A DNA stretch of 32,000 nt, taken from assembly GCF_016403105.1 (NCBI RefSeq), contig NZ_CP046155.1, positions 2,353,906 to 2,385,905 on the forward strand. Reading direction: 5' to 3'. The notes below the pieces were generated by a model. The model was not told the DNA's origin. It saw only the letters and a list, made by a program, of their open reading frames with translations, and ran no database searches. Shown here piece by piece: positions 17,600 to 26,262 of the stretch. Positions within the stretch are counted from its first letter, which is position 1. Each line of letters begins with the position of its first letter. The stretch is from Leptolyngbya sp. BL0902 (lineage in GTDB: Bacteria > Cyanobacteriota > Cyanobacteriia > Phormidesmidales > Phormidesmidaceae). The position numbers and the translations under genes were made by a program.

Positions 17600-17831
17600 T
17601 TTCTAGACCTTCCCAAAGTTGAGACGCAGGAATGGTTTGGTCTGTCATAGCTTCGTGCCAAGCTTGCTTAAAGTCTTCCAATAAATCTGCTTGCGAAGGT
17701 TCATCATCATCGGTTATCTCTGGAATTAAGACAATAACCTCTACACGACTATTTCTATCGATAACGAGAGGTTGATCTAAGGTGATCTGTCCTTGCTCAT
17801 CAATTGTCCCCATAACTTTTAATGCTTTCAT
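17592..17831 (-). CDS. Putative antitoxin (small acidic protein upstream of the RelE/ParE-like toxin)
   Basis: 79 aa. The N-terminal beta-rich segment is GTIDEQGQITLDQPLVIDRNSRVEVIVLIPE and the C-terminus is acidic. GGAG lies 7 nt before the ATG. It shows classic overlapping antitoxin-toxin geometry. Confidence 0.65.
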   Translation of the reverse strand: MKALKVMGTIDEQGQITLDQPLVIDRNSRVEVIVLIPEITDDDEPSQADLLEDFKQAWHEAMTDQTIPASQLWEGLEND

Positions 17832-17975
17832 ATTTACTCCGCTATGATTTTAGTTGTTGTTTTCAATCAGAGTCCAAGTCAGTTTGAGCTTTTCTATAAT
17901 TGAGAAGTGATGAATAGATGGAAGGAAACCAGATAAAGCCGCATGGATTTCTAGGTATCATTATGCTTGTCTAAG

Positions 17976-18776
17976 CTATTCTTCAGATTGAGACATCAAC
18001 CTAATTTCCTCGTCAGTTATGCCGTCTTTACCAACTAATCTATAATGTCGCTCATCAACGACTGAAAGATGAAAAATATTATCACTTTCTTCAACTTCTA
18101 GCTCTAAAATGGCTACCTCATTTTCAGATAGAAATTGTAATGCAACAGGTTTACAAATTGCATTCGGATAGCGATGCTTGCAAAACTCTATGTCTTGCAT
18201 GACTTGCACTATACCAAATCTGTCTCCTGGAGATTTGGCCTGACAAGGTATGACAAAGTGTGAGCCTCTTTTGTTGATACCGAGATACACTTCATCAATT
18301 TCAATTTGGCCAATATTTTTGATAGTTGTTCTAAGGTGGTTCTGAATAGAGTAACAAGTTAGTCCAGTAAAAATATCAATAAGTCGGTTGTAGCGAACTT
18401 TTGTAAGGAGTGCTTGTTCATCCGTCCCCGGAGCATACCTCCTAACAGTCTCAGGTGTGGCGTCTGGAATTTTTATTTTCTGTCGGTTAGTGGTGGGTGC
18501 TATTTTACCAGGTGACGCTAACCTAAACTCATAGGTACTAATTCCTGTTCCTACTATTATCCATTCATAGCCAGACTCACATGTCATTTTGATTGACTCA
18601 GGCAATTCCCTGCGAAATCTGTATGAGTATGGAATATCGCCAAGGTTTTTAATCCGTGAAATCCCCAGATCATCACACGCCTGTGCCAATTCATCACGAT
18701 CAAAGGGAACCTTGATGTTGCCATCAACATAGTTCTTGATAAAAACTCTTTCGATAATATGGTCGTACTTACTCAT
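17976..18776 (-). CDS. Putative type II restriction endonuclease (PD-(D/E)XK-like), partner of the m5C methyltransferase
   Basis: 266 aa. Its ATG lies 1 nt after the methyltransferase stop (TAAcATG). The candidate catalytic motif is IEIDEVY...(13 aa)...IPCQAKS. It shares the AT-rich composition of the MTase gene. I did not recognise a family. Confidence 0.5.
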   Translation of the reverse strand: MSKYDHIIERVFIKNYVDGNIKVPFDRDELAQACDDLGISRIKNLGDIPYSYRFRRELPESIKMTCESGYEWIIVGTGISTYEFRLASPGKIAPTTNRQKIKIPDATPETVRRYAPGTDEQALLTKVRYNRLIDIFTGLTCYSIQNHLRTTIKNIGQIEIDEVYLGINKRGSHFVIPCQAKSPGDRFGIVQVMQDIEFCKHRYPNAICKPVALQFLSENEVAILELEVEESDNIFHLSVVDERHYRLVGKDGITDEEIRLMSQSEE

Positions 18777-18777
18777 G

Positions 18778-20058
18778 TTACACTCTCGCCAACCGTTTTC
18801 TCTTGGGAATTACATCATCTGGAATATTCCAATATTTTGATGATTGACCCATATTGAAGTGCAATAACTCTTCATCCTGCTGATTTAATGTATAGACTTC
18901 AAAGTTTATCTCATCTAAATCCATAGCCTTGATAACTTGCCTCCCTAAAGATTTAGATAGGAATGGAATGACTGAATTTCCAATTTCCCTAAATCCGTGC
19001 CAAATCGTGTTATGGAAACGAAACCAGTCAGGAAAGGTATGTAATCGTGCGGCTTCTCTTACAGTAATACACCGAGGTTCGGAGTAGTGTATTGGTCTGG
19101 GTGCAGTGTATGCGCCTTTGTCGCTAGCTGTTCCAGCCCTTAAGGTATTACATTGGCCATTAATTGCCAGTTTAAAGAATCTACTTGTTCTTTCTACGCT
19201 ACCTGGATTAGTTGCTCTAAATTTCTCAATCGATGTTTGGGTATGTTTAGAGCCAATGTGGCCATAAACCTTGTTTGAGACTAATCTTCTATGACACAGT
19301 GAATATTCACCGTTTGGCTGGATCGAAAAATTATGCCTTAATCCTGAATAGTCTAATTTCGATGTATCTATGCCATTATCACCTTCGGTAAAGGCACTAT
19401 GTTTTGCTAAATCATGAATAGCTTCTCCGCAGGTTGATAGCGGTGATAAGCCCATATTGAATAATAGCCCTGCTGAATCAATATCTGCATGAGTGGGTAA
19501 AGGATGCCTGGCCTTATTAACATCTAGTCGCGAGCCTAAAAGGATTAGTCTTTTCCTTGTTTGCGGCGCTCCATACAGAGAGGCATCCAGAACAGATATG
19601 GGTTTATCAATACAATATCCAATGCTTTCAAGCTCAGAAATCAATTCATCCAAGAATCGTCTATGTTTCCCTGATGCCATGCCAGGAACATTTTCAAATA
19701 TAAAATATTTTGGCTTTATTTCCTTGATCACCCGAACATACTCGAATACCAATGCATTTCTAGGATCGCCAAGTTGTCGCTTGCCGATGGAAGAAAAACC
19801 CTGACAGGGCGGCCCGCCTGCTACCAGGTCTATCTCACAGGAAAATTCATTGTGTTTTATGGCGTTGAGCAGTTCTTGTGAAGTAAGCTGAGAAATGTCT
19901 TTGCAAATCGTCGCGCTATAAGGAAAGTTGAAATGATGGACTAGGGCATGAATGGCATCAAACTCCACAGCCGCAGCAATATCAAATCCCGCTGCTTCTA
20001 AGCCGAGAGACATTCCGCCACACCCGGAGAAAAGGTCTATAGCTACGGGTCTTTTCAT
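18778..20058 (-). CDS. dcm: DNA (cytosine-5)-methyltransferase
   Basis: Motif I DLFSGCGGMSLG, motif IV GGPPCQGFS, motif VI ENVPGM, motif VIII QTRKRLILLG, motif IX TVREAARLHTFPDWF and motif X GNSVIPFL are present. The variable (TRD) region is about 160 aa. Confidence 0.93.
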   Translation of the reverse strand: MKRPVAIDLFSGCGGMSLGLEAAGFDIAAAVEFDAIHALVHHFNFPYSATICKDISQLTSQELLNAIKHNEFSCEIDLVAGGPPCQGFSSIGKRQLGDPRNALVFEYVRVIKEIKPKYFIFENVPGMASGKHRRFLDELISELESIGYCIDKPISVLDASLYGAPQTRKRLILLGSRLDVNKARHPLPTHADIDSAGLLFNMGLSPLSTCGEAIHDLAKHSAFTEGDNGIDTSKLDYSGLRHNFSIQPNGEYSLCHRRLVSNKVYGHIGSKHTQTSIEKFRATNPGSVERTSRFFKLAINGQCNTLRAGTASDKGAYTAPRPIHYSEPRCITVREAARLHTFPDWFRFHNTIWHGFREIGNSVIPFLSKSLGRQVIKAMDLDEINFEVYTLNQQDEELLHFNMGQSSKYWNIPDDVIPKRKRLARV

Positions 20059-20105
20059 CGTCTGAATGCTTCTTTTGTCCGTGTAGATAGGTTTGCGGGC
20101 TGGAA

Positions 20106-20171
20106 CTAAACGTGACTTTTGTTAATGATGAGAGGCTGATCTAAGGTGATCTGTCCTTGCTCATCAATCGT
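20106..20171 (-). pseudogene. Decayed paralog fragment of the antitoxin gene
   Basis: On the minus strand it reads TIDEQGQITLDQPLIINKSHV*, against GTIDEQGQITLDQPLVIDRNSRVE in the intact antitoxin. Nucleotides 20130-20171 match 17766-17807 at 40/42. There is no in-frame ATG before the upstream TGA at 20202-20204. Confidence 0.65.
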
Positions 20172-20327
20172 TAAAGGTATAAATAGGCATAGGCTTAGAA
20201 ATCAGACTTGTCATCGCCTCAGTCTAGACATTATCGATCAACTCGGCAAGGTAAGACTCGCAGCTTAAGCAATTGATCATCATCGCACGTTTGGAACCCT
20301 ATCTAGCCATTGCTTGCGCCACCATCA

Positions 20328-20534
20328 CTACTCTTCTTCAGGAGCAGTTTCAGGACTGGCAAGGGGCACCACGTGGGTAACGCGAACCAGGGTTTCGTCC
20401 TTGTTGGGTTTCACCAGGCGGGGGCATTCTCCGGTGCAGCCTGGGCGGGGCACGGTGGCGGCGGGGAGGATGGCGATGCGGTCGGTGTTGGAGAAGAGGG
20501 CGGGGCGGGCAGGAAGGCCAGAAACCCGTTTCAT
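20328..20534 (-). CDS. Small hypothetical protein (68 aa from ATG 20534; 86 aa if 20588)
   Basis: MKRVSGLPARPALFSNTDRIAILPAATVPRPGCTGECPRLVKPNKDETLVRVTHVVPLASPETAPEEE. Third codon positions are strongly C-biased, like host genes. The overlapping plus-strand ORFs are Gly/Arg low-complexity. No family recognised. Confidence 0.4.
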   Translation of the reverse strand: MKRVSGLPARPALFSNTDRIAILPAATVPRPGCTGECPRLVKPNKDETLVRVTHVVPLASPETAPEEE

Positions 20535-20705
20535 GGTGGGCCATTGGGGGCCGCTTTGGGGGTAAAGCGCTAGGCTGACAAAGCTCACTGATGCTGATGC
20601 CTCGTTACAGGGGCAACCGTTGAAGCACTGGGTCTACGCCCTATCCCCTTGCCTACGCCCCAACATCCTGATTGAATAGGGGCATCAAAAAATGAACTTT
20701 TATAA

Positions 20706-20748
20706 ACGGAGAGTTCTCCATGTACATCGTGCAGATTGCTTCGGAATG
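20706..20748 (+). repeat. Right copy of the 43-nt imperfect direct repeat (functional glgA RBS plus codons 1-10)
   Basis: acggagagttctccatgtacatcgtgcagattgcttcggaatg matches 17058-17100 at 36/43 positions. Confidence 0.85.
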
Positions 20749-22195
20749 CGCTCCGGTCATCAAAGCTGGGGGCCTGGGCGATGTGGTCTATGGCCTCAGC
20801 CGCGAGTTGGAAACGCGGGGCCACTGCGTCGAAATCATTCTGCCGAAGTACGACTGCATGCGCTACGACCACATTTGGGGTCTGCACGAAGCCTACCGGG
20901 ATTTAATTGTGCCCTGGTACGGCACCGATATTCTCTGCGATGTGTATTGCGGCTGGGTGCATGGACGGCTGTGCTTTTTCATCGAGCCGAAGTCCTGGGA
21001 AATGTTCTTCAACCGGGGCTGCTACTACGGCTGCGACGACGACCCGATGCGGTTTGCCTTCTTTAGTAAGGCGGCGATGGAGTTCTTGCTCCGCAGCAAC
21101 AAGCGCCCGGATGTAATTCACTGCCACGACTGGCAAACCGGGCTGATTCCGGTCATGCTGTTTGAAATCTATAAATACAACGGCATGGAGTTCCAGCGGG
21201 TGCTCTACACCATCCACAACTTCAAGCACCAGGGCATTGCTGGGGTGGATATCCTGGAAGCCACGGGGTTAAACCGACCGGAATACTACTACCAGTTTGG
21301 CCAACTGCGCGACAACTTCAACCCCTTCGCCATCAACTTCATGCAGGGGGGCATCACCTACGCCAACCACGTCAACACGGTCTCCCCCTACCACGCCTGG
21401 GAAGCCCAGCACACCGACCAGGGCTTTGGCCTCGGCCACACCCTCCACACCCACCACAACAAGTTTTCCGGCATCCTCAACGGCATCGACTACGACGTGT
21501 GGAACCCGGAGGTGGATCGCTACATCCCCCATCACTACGGCATCACCACCTTTGAAGACAAAGCCCTGAACAAAAAAGTGCTGCGGGAACGGCTGATGCT
21601 GGGCCACGGCGATAAGCCCGTCGTCGCCTTCATTGGCCGATTGGATGACCAAAAGGGGGTTCACCTCGTCCACCACGCGATTTACTACACCCTTAGCCGG
21701 GGTGGACAGTTTGTGCTGCTGGGTTCCGCCACTGAAAAGGGCATCAACGACTGGTTCTGGCACGAAAAGCTGCACCTCAATGACAACCCCGACGTGCATC
21801 TCGAAATCGGCTTCAACGAAGAACTCGCCCACCTGATCTACGCCGGATCCGACCTGATTGTGGTGCCCAGCAACTTTGAACCCTGCGGCCTCACCCAAAT
21901 GATCGGCCTGAGGTACGGCACGGTGCCCATCGTGCGCGGCGTCGGTGGCCTGGTCAACACCGTGTTCGATTGGGACTACGACGGCTACCACGAACCCGAA
22001 GAGCGCAACGGCTTTGTCTTCTTCCAAAGCGATACCGTCGCCCTAGAATCCGCCATGGATCGCGCCTTTGATATTTGGGAAAAAGAACCCAAACTCTTCC
22101 AGCAAATTGCCCAGCAGGGGATGCAGTACGACTTCTCCTGGAATAATCCGGGAGAGGACTATGTGGCCCTGTACGACTACATTCGCCACAAATAG
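20720..22195 (+). CDS. glgA: Glycogen synthase (GlgA2 / SSIII-IV-like type)
   Basis: 491 aa. MYIVQIASECAPVIKAGGLGDVVYGL contains the KxGGL motif. The C-terminal GT-B region is IGRLDDQKG...VPSNFEPCGLTQM. Confidence 0.93.
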   Translation: MYIVQIASECAPVIKAGGLGDVVYGLSRELETRGHCVEIILPKYDCMRYDHIWGLHEAYRDLIVPWYGTDILCDVYCGWVHGRLCFFIEPKSWEMFFNRGCYYGCDDDPMRFAFFSKAAMEFLLRSNKRPDVIHCHDWQTGLIPVMLFEIYKYNGMEFQRVLYTIHNFKHQGIAGVDILEATGLNRPEYYYQFGQLRDNFNPFAINFMQGGITYANHVNTVSPYHAWEAQHTDQGFGLGHTLHTHHNKFSGILNGIDYDVWNPEVDRYIPHHYGITTFEDKALNKKVLRERLMLGHGDKPVVAFIGRLDDQKGVHLVHHAIYYTLSRGGQFVLLGSATEKGINDWFWHEKLHLNDNPDVHLEIGFNEELAHLIYAGSDLIVVPSNFEPCGLTQMIGLRYGTVPIVRGVGGLVNTVFDWDYDGYHEPEERNGFVFFQSDTVALESAMDRAFDIWEKEPKLFQQIAQQGMQYDFSWNNPGEDYVALYDYIRHK

Positions 22196-22325
22196 CCGAT
22201 GCAACCCAAATCGGGGTAAGCTTAGCAGCCCTATCCCCTTAACTCTACCCCCAGAGCAGTAAAGTAAGTTTGAGATCTACTGAGGCTTCTCCGTCGAACT
22301 TCTCGGTTGTACTTTCCCCACGCCC

Positions 22326-22778
22326 ATGGCTGATTCTGCTCCCTGGTTTGAGTACCGTGTTGTTGTTCACCCCCACCACACCGACTATGCTGGCATTGTT
22401 TGGCACGGCACCTATATTGCATGGCTAGAGGAGGCACGGGTGGCCTACCTACAACGGCACAACCTCACCTTTGCCGATTGGGTCAACGCCGGGGTAGATC
22501 TGCCCGTGGTGGATATGGCCCTGCGCTATCGCCAATCCCTGCGGCTGGGGGATGAAGCCCTCATTCAGGCACGAACGGCTCCTTTTAGGGGCGTGCGCCT
22601 CGTGTGGCAATACGAAGTGCTGAATTCTGCGACCCAGGAACTCTGTTTGGATGGCACCGTTACCCTTGCCACGGTGGATCTCACCAGTCGGCGGGTGCTG
22701 CGTCGGCTGCCCGATCACCTGCAAGCGGCCCTCTCGTCACCGGGGGAAGGCAAGGGCCAAGGAGCGGGGCAGGTTTAG
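22326..22778 (+). CDS. Hotdog-fold acyl-CoA thioesterase (4HBT/YbgC family; possibly DHNA-CoA hydrolase)
   Basis: 150 aa. The catalytic Asp context is VVVHPHHTDYAGIVWHGTYIAWLEEAR. The DHNA-CoA role is only an analogy to cyanobacterial Slr0204-type enzymes. Confidence 0.75.
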   Translation: MADSAPWFEYRVVVHPHHTDYAGIVWHGTYIAWLEEARVAYLQRHNLTFADWVNAGVDLPVVDMALRYRQSLRLGDEALIQARTAPFRGVRLVWQYEVLNSATQELCLDGTVTLATVDLTSRRVLRRLPDHLQAALSSPGEGKGQGAGQV

Positions 22779-25700
22779 CGATGCCGTAGCCCTGGGCAAA
22801 GTTGACCCCTAGGGCGGTGATGCGCTGGAGGATGGCGTCATTTTCCACATATTCCGCCACGGTTTGCAGCCCCATGGCCTGACTAATGCGGCTAATGGCT
22901 TCCACCATGGCGCTATCGATGGCGTCGCTCACCATATCTTTGACAAAACTGCCATCAATTTTGAGGTAGTTGACGGGCAAGTGTTTTAGGTAGGTGAAGG
23001 AGGACATGCCGCTGCCGAAATCATCTAGCGCGAAGTGACAGCCCAAGGATCTAAGCTGCTGGATAAACTGGCTGGCTTGGATCAGGTTGGCAATGGCGGC
23101 GGTTTCGGTAATTTCAAAACAGACCAGGTGGGGCGGCACCCCGTATTCCTCAAACTGCTGCTTGAGAAAATCCACCATGCGGTCGTCGGTGAGGCTGTGG
23201 CCCGATAGGTTGATGGCGTATTGAATGGGGGGCTGTCCAGCGGCGGGCTGTACCTGGTGCCAGTGTTGAAACAGGGTGTTCACCACCCAGCGGTCAATTT
23301 TGCCAATCAGGTCGTAGCGCTCGGCGGCGGGGATGAAGGCCATGGGTGGAATGATGGTGCCGTCGTTGTCGAGCAGGCGGATCAAGATTTCGGCATGATC
23401 CATGGCGGGGTAGCTGGGCTGGGTGGGCCGGATGGGCTGGGCAAATAGGCAAAATTGATCGTTCTCAAGGGCTTGGGTGATGCGGGTGGCCCAGCGAATT
23501 TCCCCTTGCTGCTGGGCCAGGGTTTGGTCGTCGGGCTGGAAGAGATGGACGCGGTTACGGCCTGTATTTTTGGCGGCATAGCAGGCGGCATCGGCATACA
23601 TCAGCAGGGATTCTAAATCCTCCACCTGGGGCGTAATCGGCACTACCCCAATGCTGGCCCCAATGGTGAAGACATGGTTATCCCAGGTGAAGCGAAAATC
23701 CTGCACCGTTTCCCGCAGGGCATCCGCCACCCGCAGCCCTTGGTCAAGGTCGCACTGCTGGAGTAAGACGCCAAATTCATCTCCTCCTAGGCGGGCTAGG
23801 GTGTCGGTTTTGCGAATGTGGGCTTGCATCAGGGCAGTGATTTGGCGCAGCAGTTCGTCTCCTACTTTGTGGCCACAGGTGTCGTTGACAATCTTGAAGC
23901 GGTCAAGGTCGAGATAGCAGAGCACATGGGTGCCAGATTCCACCTGAGTGCTTTGGATGGCCTGCTCTAGGCGGTGCTCGAAGGCGCGACGGTTGACCAG
24001 CCCGGTGAGGGGATCGTGCATGGCCTGCCAAAATATCTGGCGGGTGAGCTGGCGGGCATGAGTGACATCGTGGAACACCATCACCGCCCCCACGGTTTGC
24101 CCCTGGCGATTGCGAATTGGCCCAGCGGAGTCATCAATGGCAATTTCGCGACCCCTGCGAGACACCAAAAAGGTATCGCCATTTAAGCCAACGATCTGGT
24201 TTTCCCGCAGGGCTTGGAACACCGGATTTTCAACAGGTTCACGGGTTTCGTCCAAAAGCAACTGAAAAATCTCACCGAGGGGTTGGCCCTGTGCTTCCCC
24301 TTGGCTCCAGCCCGTCAGTTCCTCCGCCACGGGGTTGATATACTGCACCCGCCCCTCCACATCCGTCGTAATCACCGCATCGCCAATGGAATGCAGCGTC
24401 ACCTGGGCCAGTTCCTTTTCGTAGAACAGCATTTCTTCGATGTGCTTGCGGTCGGTGATATCGGCAAAAGAGGTAACTACGGCGTAGGGCTTATCCTCCC
24501 CAGGGCGGAACATGGGCTGGGAATTAATGGAAATCCAGGTGAGTTCACCGCTGGGCTTATGCACCCCCATCACCACATTGCGGCAGGGCTGTCCGGTTCG
24601 CAGGGCCACCATGGCGGGGTGGTCTTCCCCCGGCATGGGCGATCCATCTTCGTGGATGCTACGCCAACGGGGATCAATCGAGGTGAGCCCCTGCAATTGG
24701 CCCATGTTCAGACCCAGAATTTCTTCGGCCCGTTCATTGCTGGCCTGCACCACGCCATCGGCACCCTGCAACACAATCCCCTCCGCCAGGGCTGTGACCA
24801 GGGATCGATAGCGCTCCTCGCTTTCCCTCAGCACCGCCTCGGCCCGACGTTGTTCCGTCACATCTCGATAGCTCAGCACCTTAGCCACCGCTTGGCCATC
24901 CTGCCACTGGGGGCGGGCGTGGCGCTCAAAAATTTGCCCATCTTTGAGCTGCACCACATCCATCGTTTTTTGCTCCAGGTTGGCCATCATTGCCTGGGTG
25001 GCCCGCAGGAATTGGTCGGGATCCTGGAGTTGATCGAGCACAACGGGATAGAAATTGGGGATTCCACTACCGCTACGCACCTCCTCTGCCAAGGCCGCAG
25101 GAATACCCCACATCTTGAGGAAGCGCTGGTTCCAGTGGGTCAGATGCATGGTTGAATCCAGCACCAAAATGCCGTCGGCGGTGGATTCTAAGATGGACTC
25201 CAGGGCCGAAGTCGTAGCCGCCTGCTGAGCATTTAACCGTTGAATCACTCGACTGCGTGACCTCAACCGCCGATCCACCCACACCAAGCCCGTGATGACG
25301 ATGGCCAGCAACATCCCCTGAATCAGCATGAGGTTAGCCACTGGTTCAATGGCCGCATCCACCTCATTGGCCAGGGCCGGGATTTGAGCACCGACCTGAT
25401 GCCCCCAACTTCTAAGGGCATTCCACAAAAACACGCTGGCCATCAACATCCCAAAACCTGCGCCCCCCGCACACCAGCAGGGTGTTTCCAACTCCCGGTG
25501 CCGCGCTAGGGCATGGGCCAGCAACCCCAGCCCCAGCCCCAACAGCCCCGCCGCCGTGGGAATGGAAATCCCGGTGAGGTAGCGCCAGGTGTGGTCGTCG
25601 CCAATCTGAGCCAAGTAGCCCAGCAGCCCGATTATCCCCATAGCCAGCACCCCAAAGGATAGGAAACCCGCTAAACCTAGGGCGCGATCCGGTGGCAGAT

Positions 25701-26262
25701 CTGGGGTAGCAGGGGTTTTCCAGGGCCACCGCTGCCAACGTCGGGGCACCCCCGCCAGCAACAGGGCTATCCCCGCCAGGGTAAAGCTGAAGGCGAGGTT
25801 GGGCGACGGACGACCGGGAATGGGCCGATCCACCAACACAAAAAACTGCTCCACGGGTTCGATGATGCGCCCTGAGTGCAGCCCATCAGCCCCGTACAGG
25901 GCGGGGGTGATGTAGTCAGTCATCAGCCATTGGTCAATCCCCAGATTCACCTTAAAGAGGTACTGAATCAGGGTGAGGACACCAATGGCGAACACCCCGC
26001 CAGCGGGCACCCAAGCCCACCGTTGCCCCCGCCGATGCAGCAACAGCAGCAGCGCCAACCCCGCCAAGGCCAAGGCCAGGGCCGTGTTGTAGCGCATGGG
26101 GGGCGAACCGGGCGGCACCTGAAGCAGCCCCGGTATCTGCAAATGCCATGCGGCCATCATCACCAAGCCCAGACTTAGGGCAAACCCGCCCATCAACCGG
26201 GGAATCCACCGCTGCCAGGGTGGGTGCGGCATTGCAGCGGACGGAGAAGATGCAGGAACCAT
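22681..26262 (-). CDS. Membrane sensor protein with three PAS domains, GGDEF and EAL domains (c-di-GMP turnover)
   Basis: The N-terminal 330 aa or so are polytopic. PAS-like blocks are LESILESTADGILVLD, LVTALAEGIVLQGADG and LHSIGDAVITTDVEGR. GGDEF is intact (LARLGGDEFGVLL). The EAL domain has EILIRL, DDFGSGMSSFTYLKHLPVNYLKIDGSFV and FAQGYGIAKP. The start is uncertain: ATG 26262 or 26232, and the ORF-track start 26286 is TTG. Confidence 0.9.
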   Translation of the reverse strand: MVPASSPSAAMPHPPWQRWIPRLMGGFALSLGLVMMAAWHLQIPGLLQVPPGSPPMRYNTALALALAGLALLLLLHRRGQRWAWVPAGGVFAIGVLTLIQYLFKVNLGIDQWLMTDYITPALYGADGLHSGRIIEPVEQFFVLVDRPIPGRPSPNLAFSFTLAGIALLLAGVPRRWQRWPWKTPATPDLPPDRALGLAGFLSFGVLAMGIIGLLGYLAQIGDDHTWRYLTGISIPTAAGLLGLGLGLLAHALARHRELETPCWCAGGAGFGMLMASVFLWNALRSWGHQVGAQIPALANEVDAAIEPVANLMLIQGMLLAIVITGLVWVDRRLRSRSRVIQRLNAQQAATTSALESILESTADGILVLDSTMHLTHWNQRFLKMWGIPAALAEEVRSGSGIPNFYPVVLDQLQDPDQFLRATQAMMANLEQKTMDVVQLKDGQIFERHARPQWQDGQAVAKVLSYRDVTEQRRAEAVLRESEERYRSLVTALAEGIVLQGADGVVQASNERAEEILGLNMGQLQGLTSIDPRWRSIHEDGSPMPGEDHPAMVALRTGQPCRNVVMGVHKPSGELTWISINSQPMFRPGEDKPYAVVTSFADITDRKHIEEMLFYEKELAQVTLHSIGDAVITTDVEGRVQYINPVAEELTGWSQGEAQGQPLGEIFQLLLDETREPVENPVFQALRENQIVGLNGDTFLVSRRGREIAIDDSAGPIRNRQGQTVGAVMVFHDVTHARQLTRQIFWQAMHDPLTGLVNRRAFEHRLEQAIQSTQVESGTHVLCYLDLDRFKIVNDTCGHKVGDELLRQITALMQAHIRKTDTLARLGGDEFGVLLQQCDLDQGLRVADALRETVQDFRFTWDNHVFTIGASIGVVPITPQVEDLESLLMYADAACYAAKNTGRNRVHLFQPDDQTLAQQQGEIRWATRITQALENDQFCLFAQPIRPTQPSYPAMDHAEILIRLLDNDGTIIPPMAFIPAAERYDLIGKIDRWVVNTLFQHWHQVQPAAGQPPIQYAINLSGHSLTDDRMVDFLKQQFEEYGVPPHLVCFEITETAAIANLIQASQFIQQLRSLGCHFALDDFGSGMSSFTYLKHLPVNYLKIDGSFVKDMVSDAIDSAMVEAISRISQAMGLQTVAEYVENDAILQRITALGVNFAQGYGIAKPAPLLGPCLPPVTRGPLAGDRAADAAPADW

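Larger units (their letters stand above)
17101..20300. mobile_element. AT-rich horizontally acquired islet (TA + type II R-M); no integrase or transposase visible
   Basis: There is an abrupt compositional shift on both sides: sampled lines are about 40% GC against more than 60% in the flanks. The gene content is entirely addiction or defence modules. It lies inside the duplicated glgA 5' ends. The boundaries are approximate. Confidence 0.6.

Noticed and set aside
20638-22240. 13-nt repeat gccctatcccctt on both sides of glgA (20638-20650 and 22228-22240)
   Set aside because: Exact 13-mers are expected to recur by chance several times in a 32-kb window when all pairs are considered. There is no extended similarity around them.
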